Source of the DNA: an uncultured virus (IMG/VR IMGVR_UViG_3300046320_000024)
Lineage: Duplodnaviria; Heunggongvirae; Uroviricota; Caudoviricetes
Strand: one strand, 5' to 3'
DNA length: 64,000 nt
Virus record (IMG/VR): IMGVR_UViG_3300046320_000024
Position numbers and translations under genes: made by a program. Numbering within the stretch: position 1 is the first letter of the stretch; every line of letters begins with the position of its first letter. Below the pieces are notes generated by a model that saw nothing but the letters and a program-made list of their open reading frames with translations, ran no database searches and was not told the DNA's origin. Positions 57,923 to 64,000 of the stretch are shown here, piece by piece.

Positions 57923-57932
57923 ATAATTAGGT

Positions 57933-58136
57933 ATGAAAGCAAGACTCTCTCCCAACCTAATTTCATTTGTCACGGTTCTTCGTGGCAATTGGATACTCAA
58001 GGTATCTGTTTTTAAAAACAAACAGATTATGGTAGTGAGTCGACACTGTTTTGATATGGACAGGACGAATGTGAATTTCTTCATGGACCAAAATCTTGCA
58101 GCAGATTTTATTGAACAACTTGTTATAGAGGAATGA
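57933..58136 (+). CDS. Hypothetical protein
   Basis: 67-aa ORF after CCTAAATA (57918). Confidence 0.55.
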   Translation: MKARLSPNLISFVTVLRGNWILKVSVFKNKQIMVVSRHCFDMDRTNVNFFMDQNLAADFIEQLVIEE

Positions 58137-58137
58137 T

Positions 58138-58437
58138 ATGGGAATTAAAGTATTTAAATTGATTAGTGGTGAAGAACTTATCGGCAGTATAACTGCTGGA
58201 TCAGATGCTGGTTACTTTGTTGAAGGTGCTGCTACTATTATGCTCCAACAAACCGAAAATGGTATTGGAGTTGGTCTTGCACCTTACATGCCATACGTTG
58301 AAGGTGATAAAGTTTACATCTATAAACACGCTATCGCCTCCGAAGGTGAGCCAGCCGTGGCCATGAGAAACGAATACAGCCGTATGTTCGGTTCTGGTAT
58401 CGAGATCGCTCCTGCCAGCGCCCTCTACACAGGCTAA
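58138..58437 (+). CDS. Conserved hypothetical protein (possibly Sm-like)
   Basis: IKVFKLISGEELIG...APYMPY...EYSRMFGSGI; GAGGA RBS. Confidence 0.7.
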   Translation: MGIKVFKLISGEELIGSITAGSDAGYFVEGAATIMLQQTENGIGVGLAPYMPYVEGDKVYIYKHAIASEGEPAVAMRNEYSRMFGSGIEIAPASALYTG

Positions 58438-58493
58438 AGCCTACCTGCTAGCCCTCTATTCTAGAGGCTTCTAGCTCCCCAAACCCCCTGTAG

Positions 58494-58506
58494 AATCAAC
58501 ACCTTA
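58494..58506 (+). promoter_or_regulatory. IHF consensus site
   Basis: AATCAACACCTTA fits WATCAANNNNTTR. Confidence 0.5.
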
Positions 58507-58544
58507 CAATCCCCTGCGGGTTGTAGGGTCATTGCATTTAGTTG

Positions 58545-58573
58545 TTGTCTTAGGTTCCTATCTGGTGTATAAT
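58545..58573 (+). promoter_or_regulatory. Sigma70-type early promoter
   Basis: TTGTCT-17 nt-TATAAT. Confidence 0.8.
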
Positions 58574-58598
58574 AACTACAGTTGATTAGGAGAACAGA

Positions 58599-58808
58599 AT
58601 GGGTTTCGAAAAGATTGTGCTGAATGAGATCGATGGCTACTTGGAATCTGGCGAGTGTGCCCAGTTTGTTGGTGGTTCTTTGTTTGTGACTTGTTCACCA
58701 AAGACTGCCTCTGAGATCGAAACTGTCTTGACCGATATGAATTTTGGTGGTATAATTGTTACTCCCATCGGTGCTCCTGCCCGTGAATTTGCTTACGACT
58801 TCGTTTAA
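58599..58808 (+). CDS. Small hypothetical early protein
   Basis: AGGAG RBS directly after the promoter. Confidence 0.65.
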   Translation: MGFEKIVLNEIDGYLESGECAQFVGGSLFVTCSPKTASEIETVLTDMNFGGIIVTPIGAPAREFAYDFV

Positions 58809-58821
58809 TAAAGGGTATATC

Positions 58822-58965
58822 ATGTTTACAGTAAAATCAAAAGCTGAGTTGCGTGCTGAAACTGAAAAGCAGATGAAGGCTTTTCTCAAACATGGTGGTC
58901 ACGTCCAAGTCATTGAGACTAAAAAGAAGGCTCCATCTGGTGCTCGCACTTGGATGAAAAAATGA
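58822..58965 (+). CDS. Small basic hypothetical protein
   Basis: AAGGG RBS; MFTVKSKAELRAETEKQMKAFLKHGG. Confidence 0.55.
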   Translation: MFTVKSKAELRAETEKQMKAFLKHGGHVQVIETKKKAPSGARTWMKK

Positions 58966-59144
58966 GAGCGTTACAGGAAACCACCAGTGATTGGAGCCAT
59001 AAGGTTTCTAATCACATCTACTACGTCAATGATACTAGGACAAAGCTGGTTGCATTCTACAACGTGGACACCAAGACCACTAAGAAGTTTTCCAAGCCTC
59101 TGCCCTTCTATACAAAATACAGAACCTTCAAAGAGTTAAAATGA
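58962..59144 (+). CDS. Small hypothetical protein
   Basis: ATGA overlaps on both sides. Confidence 0.6.
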   Translation: MRALQETTSDWSHKVSNHIYYVNDTRTKLVAFYNVDTKTTKKFSKPLPFYTKYRTFKELK

Positions 59145-60436
59145 ACATCAATCAATTCCTAGACGGCATCGCCGCAAATGCATCTCGTAACTTCAAACTC
59201 GAACAGTTGGAAGCCAACAAAGACAATGAACTCTTGCGTGAAGTTATTCGTCTAGCATTGTGTCCATTCACTCAGTTCTACATTCGTAAGATTCCTGCTT
59301 ACACCCCTAACGCTACTAGCCATGCAGCATCGCTAGCATCAATTCTCCCAGCCCTATACGACCTAAAAGAACGAATCGTTACTGGTAATGCCGCCATTGA
59401 TCACCTAAAGTCAATGCTGGAAGCTGTATCACCCGATGATGCTAAGGTTTTGGAGCGAATCATCCAGAAAGATCTACGTGCTGGTTTCTCAGCATCAACC
59501 TCCAACAAAGTTTGGATGGGCTTGGTGCACGAGTATCCTGTTATGCTCTGCTCACCGTTCGAGCAAAAGTTGGTGGACAAAATCAAATGGCCATCCACAG
59601 TCCAACTGAAGATGGATGGTATGCGATTCAACGCCATCGTTCGTGATGGTAAGTGCGAATTCCGCTCACGCAACGGCAAAGAAATTCAACTGCTGGGTAA
59701 TCTTGAACAAGACTTCATTGATATGGCTGGAGTTGTGGACTGCGTATTCGATGGTGAACTCTTGGTCATGGAAGGTGACAAGATTTTAGATCGTCAGACT
59801 GGTAACGGTATCTTAAACAAAGCCAACAAGGGTACAATCTCCAAAGCCGATGCTGCAAAAGTTCGTGCCACTGTCTGGGACATTATCCCTTACGTATTGT
59901 TTGAGGCTGGTTACTGTGCCACTCCATACTCTCAACGTATCGATACACTGGCTAATCTGCTGGCGACTCATGAGCCTGAGAAAGTTTACTTGGTACAAAA
60001 GACCACAGTAGAAAATATCGAAGAAGCCAATGTTATCTTCGAGCGTTACCTTTCCATGGGTCAAGAAGGTATCATCCTGAAAGACTTGAGTGGTGTCTGG
60101 GAAGACAAACGTTCCAAGACCCAGATCAAATTCAAGGGCGAGTTAGAATGTGACTTGCGTATCGTTGGCATCGAAGAAGGTACTGGCAAGTATGCAGGAA
60201 TGCTTGGTGCAATTCTCTGTGAGTCTGCTGATGGTGTGATTAAAGTTCGAGTTGGCTCTGGCTTCTCTGACGAACAACGCAAGAATCTCGGCGAGAATAT
60301 AGTTGACAAAATCGCCGCTATCAAGTATAATACTAGAATCAAGAACAAAGCTGGAGAAGAATCTCTGTTCCTGCCTATCATTCTCGAGATTCGTGATGAC
60401 AAAGAAGTTGCGGACTCCTCTAAGGACATTAAATGA
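59141..60436 (+). CDS. gp30: ATP-dependent DNA ligase gp30
   Basis: QLKMDGMR adenylation motif, FDGEL, EGIILK, VGSGF. Confidence 0.95.
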   Translation: MNINQFLDGIAANASRNFKLEQLEANKDNELLREVIRLALCPFTQFYIRKIPAYTPNATSHAASLASILPALYDLKERIVTGNAAIDHLKSMLEAVSPDDAKVLERIIQKDLRAGFSASTSNKVWMGLVHEYPVMLCSPFEQKLVDKIKWPSTVQLKMDGMRFNAIVRDGKCEFRSRNGKEIQLLGNLEQDFIDMAGVVDCVFDGELLVMEGDKILDRQTGNGILNKANKGTISKADAAKVRATVWDIIPYVLFEAGYCATPYSQRIDTLANLLATHEPEKVYLVQKTTVENIEEANVIFERYLSMGQEGIILKDLSGVWEDKRSKTQIKFKGELECDLRIVGIEEGTGKYAGMLGAILCESADGVIKVRVGSGFSDEQRKNLGENIVDKIAAIKYNTRIKNKAGEESLFLPIILEIRDDKEVADSSKDIK

Positions 60437-60786
60437 AAGTTGTAATCAATAAATGCTTCGGTGGTTTCGGTTTGAGCCACGAAGCCATTCTGAAGTATGC
60501 TGCAGCAGCTGGCATTGCTATGGTTGTTGTGGATAAGAATCCAGAAAGTAAGTGGCTTCGTTATGAATACTACAAGGATAGTATCGCAGACGAAAACTTC
60601 TGGAGTGAGTATCAGATCGATCGCACTGATCCAGCTCTTGTAAAGGTTGTTGAGCAGATGGGCGAGGCGTCATGGGGTGATTGTGCTGAGTTGTCTGTAG
60701 TAGAAATTCCAGATGGTATTGAATGGCATCTGGGTGAATACGATGGTATTGAACACATCGCTGAAAATCATAGAACTTGGAGATAA
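60433..60786 (+). CDS. Conserved phage hypothetical protein
   Basis: MKVVINKCFGGFGLS...RTDPALVKVVE...EYDGIE. Confidence 0.75.
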   Translation: MKVVINKCFGGFGLSHEAILKYAAAAGIAMVVVDKNPESKWLRYEYYKDSIADENFWSEYQIDRTDPALVKVVEQMGEASWGDCAELSVVEIPDGIEWHLGEYDGIEHIAENHRTWR

Positions 60787-60788
60787 TA

Positions 60789-61184
60789 ATGGATGAAATG
60801 AAAGAGTATGACGACTTCGCTAAGCGAATGGAAGAGAAGTATCCTGCCATGTTTGTTGGAGCATATGGTGGCTTTGCTATAGGTAAAGGTTGGTGGCACA
60901 TCATTGAAACTCTTTGCTCCAACATCCAACACCACATTGATTGGGCTAACAGGAAAGAACAAGTTGTTGAACAAGTAGTTGTGGCTCAGATCAAAGAAAA
61001 GTTCGGTGGTCTCCGTTTCTATTACGACGGTGGTGACGAGCAAGTTAGTGGTATGGTTCGTATGGCAGAAGCATGGGCTGATCAGTCTTGTGAGACCTGC
61101 GGTGATAAAGGCGAACGTCGTAGTGGTGGTTGGATTCGTACCCTGTGTGACAAACACGAAGCTGAAAGAAAACAAAATGTCTGA
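60789..61184 (+). CDS. Conserved phage hypothetical protein with CxxC
   Basis: GWWHII, QIKEKFGGLRFY, CETCG, WIRTLC; GGAG RBS. Confidence 0.75.
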   Translation: MDEMKEYDDFAKRMEEKYPAMFVGAYGGFAIGKGWWHIIETLCSNIQHHIDWANRKEQVVEQVVVAQIKEKFGGLRFYYDGGDEQVSGMVRMAEAWADQSCETCGDKGERRSGGWIRTLCDKHEAERKQNV

Positions 61185-61461
61185 TAAAGTATGGGTGATG
61201 GTGGATGCGATCTCCACCTTTCGTATGCGCTATGTGATTGAAGCGCCAGCTGATCATCCAGAGTATGCGCTTGATGATGTGACACTGGAAACTGCAAAAG
61301 AGTTTTCTCAAGAGTGGCTAGGTGAACAGATTGTATCACATCGAGTTGTCTCTGAAGAAGAAGCCCTTGCAGTTTGCGATGTAGACAATTCATATTTGAA
61401 ATCGTGGTCAAAAGAAGATAAGATTAGGGTTCTGTTTACTAAAGAAGGTGAGTCCCGATAA
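61177..61461 (+). CDS. Hypothetical protein
   Basis: Start MSDKVWVMVD overlaps the previous gene end; stop overlaps the next ATG. Confidence 0.65.
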   Translation: MSDKVWVMVDAISTFRMRYVIEAPADHPEYALDDVTLETAKEFSQEWLGEQIVSHRVVSEEEALAVCDVDNSYLKSWSKEDKIRVLFTKEGESR

Positions 61462-62027
61462 TGTTTATGTTCGACGTTGAAACACTTGGTGTAGAATCTA
61501 ATGCTGTAGTTCTGTCTGCAGCATTAGTGTATTTCGACCCAGAAGAAAAACCTTCTTACCAGAAGATGCTTGATGGGGCTTGCTTTGTTAAGTTCAAAGC
61601 AAAGGAACAAGGAGAGATGGGTCGTACTGTAACCTTGTCCACTCTTGAGTGGTGGAAGACTCAACACGAGTATGTTCGTAAGGTTTCACTCGAGCCATCT
61701 GGTTACGACTTGACTGCCGTAGAAGGTATGAACGTCCTTTACGAATATATGAGCAAGCACCCCACCGCACAAAAGCAAACTATGTGGGCACGTGGTTCTC
61801 TTGATCAGTTGGTGATTGATTCATTGGCTACAAAATTAGGCATGGAGCCGTTGACAGGATACGCACAGTGGCGTGACGTTCGCACTGCAGTAGATATCTT
61901 GTACGGCACATCAAATGGTTACTGTGGTGTTGATCATCCAGACTTTGAACGAGCACAAGTTATTAAACACCATCCAGTTCATGATTGCGCATACGACGCA
62001 ATGATGTTAATGTACGGAAAGAACTAA
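61461..62027 (+). CDS. DEDDh 3'-5' exonuclease (DexA-like)
   Basis: FDVETLG, WARGSLD, WRDVRT, HHPVHDC. Confidence 0.8.
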   Translation: MFMFDVETLGVESNAVVLSAALVYFDPEEKPSYQKMLDGACFVKFKAKEQGEMGRTVTLSTLEWWKTQHEYVRKVSLEPSGYDLTAVEGMNVLYEYMSKHPTAQKQTMWARGSLDQLVIDSLATKLGMEPLTGYAQWRDVRTAVDILYGTSNGYCGVDHPDFERAQVIKHHPVHDCAYDAMMLMYGKN

Positions 62028-64000
62028 TGGAATTTTATACATCAGCCCACGCATTTGGAGACAAGATCCTTGTGCGTGGTTACGAGAATGGACGACCATA
62101 CAAACGTAAGATCGACTTCTCCCCAACTCTCTATGTCCCAGCAAAGAAACCCTCCAAGTGGCAAACACTGGAGGGTACGTTCGTTGATGAAGTCCAGCCT
62201 GGATCCATCAGAGAGACTCGTGACTTCATCAAACGTTACGAAGGCATCGAAGGGTTTCCAGTCTATGGACAGACCAACTACGCCTATCAATATCTCAGCG
62301 ACACTTACGATACCCTTGTTAACTGGGACATGGATCTATTCAAGATCTTTACCATCGACATTGAGACCAAGACTGAGTCTGGATTCCCAGATATCAAAAC
62401 TGCCAATGAAGAAGTGACGTTGATCACGATTAAAGATCTATTCACTAAGCGTATCATCACATTCGGTGTTGGTGCGTTCGTTCACAATCGTGACGATCTG
62501 GTTTACATCAACTGTGCAACAGAACAACAACTCCTTAAAGAGTTTATGATTTTCTGGCAGAATAATTATCCAGATGCTGTTACAGGATGGAACACTGACT
62601 TTTTCGACGTGCCTTATTTGGTTCGTCGTATCACTCGAGAACTTGGTGACTCTTTCGCTAACAAGATCAGCCCATGGGGTTATGTTAACGAGCGTAAGAC
62701 TTTCATCAAAGGTAATGAAGAGATTCACTACGACATCGTAGGTATTGCTCAGCTAGACTACCTAGAACTGTACAAGAAGTATACTTACCAAAAGCAAGAG
62801 TCTTATCGTCTTGATTACATTGCTGAACAAGAACTCGGCGACCGAAAGAAAGAAAATCCAGGCGATTCATTCAAAGACTTCTACACAAACCATTGGCAAC
62901 AATTCGTTGAATATAACATTCATGACGTAGAGTTGGTTGACCGAATGGACGACAAGATGCGTCTGCTTGAACTGCATCTAACGATGGCGTATCAAGCCAA
63001 GATCAATATGGAAGACGTTTACTCGCAGGTTCGTATGTGGGACTCTATCATCTATAACCATCTTCGTGCCAAGGGTATCGTGATTCCAGCGAAGGCGTTC
63101 TCTGGTAAAGATGCGCAGTTCGAAGGTGCGTTCGTCAAGGATCCGCTGATTGGTCTTCACAAGTGGGTTGCTTCATTTGACTTGAACTCACTGTACCCTC
63201 ACTTGATTATGCAATACAACATCTCACCAGAGACTTTGACTTCAGAGAAACTCCCAGTGTCTGTTGATAAGCTGCTCACCAAAGAAGCCGATACTAGCTA
63301 CGCACACAAGCGAGATCTAACTGTAACTGCCAACGGCTGGTGCTATCGTAAAGACATCAAAGGCTTCATGCCCGAGTTGATGGAGAAGATGTACAAAGAT
63401 CGTTCCAAGTTTAAGAAGCAGATGCTTGGAGTTGAACAAGAGTATCAGAACGACAAGACAAAGGTTCATCTCCTGAAAGAGATTAGCCGACTGAACAACT
63501 TGCAGATGGCAATGAAGATTGCCCTAAACTCTGCTTACGGTGCGATGGGTAATCAGTATTTCCGATACTTCGATATCCGTATGGCTGAAGGTATTACCAC
63601 ATCTGGTCAGTTGTCCATTCGTTGGATGGCTAACAAGATCAATGCTTACATGAACAAGGTCATGAAGACCGAAGGTAAAGATTACATCGTTGCCATCGAC
63701 ACTGACTCAATCTACCTGACTCTCGAGAATCTGGTTGAACATACTTGCTCTGGTAAGACTACCGAACAAAAGATCAAGTACATGGACAAAGTCTGTGAAG
63801 AGATTTTCCAACCGTTCATTGATACTGGTTATCAGGAATTGGCTCAGTACATGAATGCATATTCTCAGAAGATGGTTATGAAGCGAGAAGTTCTTGCCGA
63901 CAAAGCTATCTGGACTGCGAAGAAGCGATACATTATGAACGTCCATAACTCCGAAGGTGTGCAGTTTGCTAAGCCGAAGGTTAAGGTCATGGGTCTTGAG
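62027..64000 (+). CDS. gp43: Family B DNA polymerase gp43 (3'-truncated by window, absent from ORF track)
   Basis: ATG at 62027 (MEFYTSAHAFGDKILVRGY); IDIET exonuclease motif, SFDLNSLYP, KIALNSAYG, IDTDS. Confidence 0.96.
   Translation, partial: MEFYTSAHAFGDKILVRGYENGRPYKRKIDFSPTLYVPAKKPSKWQTLEGTFVDEVQPGSIRETRDFIKRYEGIEGFPVYGQTNYAYQYLSDTYDTLVNWDMDLFKIFTIDIETKTESGFPDIKTANEEVTLITIKDLFTKRIITFGVGAFVHNRDDLVYINCATEQQLLKEFMIFWQNNYPDAVTGWNTDFFDVPYLVRRITRELGDSFANKISPWGYVNERKTFIKGNEEIHYDIVGIAQLDYLELYKKYTYQKQESYRLDYIAEQELGDRKKENPGDSFKDFYTNHWQQFVEYNIHDVELVDRMDDKMRLLELHLTMAYQAKINMEDVYSQVRMWDSIIYNHLRAKGIVIPAKAFSGKDAQFEGAFVKDPLIGLHKWVASFDLNSLYPHLIMQYNISPETLTSEKLPVSVDKLLTKEADTSYAHKRDLTVTANGWCYRKDIKGFMPELMEKMYKDRSKFKKQMLGVEQEYQNDKTKVHLLKEISRLNNLQMAMKIALNSAYGAMGNQYFRYFDIRMAEGITTSGQLSIRWMANKINAYMNKVMKTEGKDYIVAIDTDSIYLTLENLVEHTCSGKTTEQKIKYMDKVCEEIFQPFIDTGYQELAQYMNAYSQKMVMKREVLADKAIWTAKKRYIMNVHNSEGVQFAKPKVKVMGLE

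Noticed and set aside
62055..62417. 120-aa + strand ORF near the window end
   Set aside because: Out-of-frame shadow inside gp43, which starts at 62027 and runs off the window
1..64000. tRNAs, CRISPR arrays, introns, inteins, homing endonucleases, integrases
   Set aside because: None recognised; core genes (gp17, gp20, gp23, uvsW, gp46, partial gp43) are uninterrupted and intergenic gaps are short
1..64000. Alternative genetic code (stop-codon reassignment)
   Set aside because: Core genes translate at full length with the standard code and coding density is high

Overview
This is a 64 kb segment of a T4-like myovirus genome, with all credible genes on the + strand. Gene order: baseplate wedge genes (gp6 end, gp7, gp8), a 2083-aa virion protein, then an accessory cassette at 12.0-17.9 kb. 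Next come several fibre/virion proteins, gp13-14-15-17-18-19-20, head genes gp21-22-23, gp3, uvsY, uvsW, gp55, an AAA ATPase, gp47/gp46 and a peptidase-vWA + MoxR/CobS pair. The window ends with gp45, a flavin halogenase, gp44, gp62, regA, hsp20, a GNAT, DNA ligase, an exonuclease and the 5' part of gp43. The most interesting region is the accessory cassette. It contains a tail-fibre-like protein whose last 37 residues hold six Asn-Cys dipeptides (ending NCTNCNCNC), an unknown protein, a radical SAM/SPASM enzyme, a signal-peptide-less TRAP (DctP) binding protein and an asparagine-synthetase-like PP-loop enzyme. By inference this could be a RiPP-like system that modifies a virion fibre tip. Other points: no gp16 between gp15 and gp17, a structured hsp20 leader with a ROSE-like hairpin, IHF-consensus sites beside early promoters, and apparent CCGG avoidance. 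All family assignments come from motif recognition and gene order by eye; no database searches were run.
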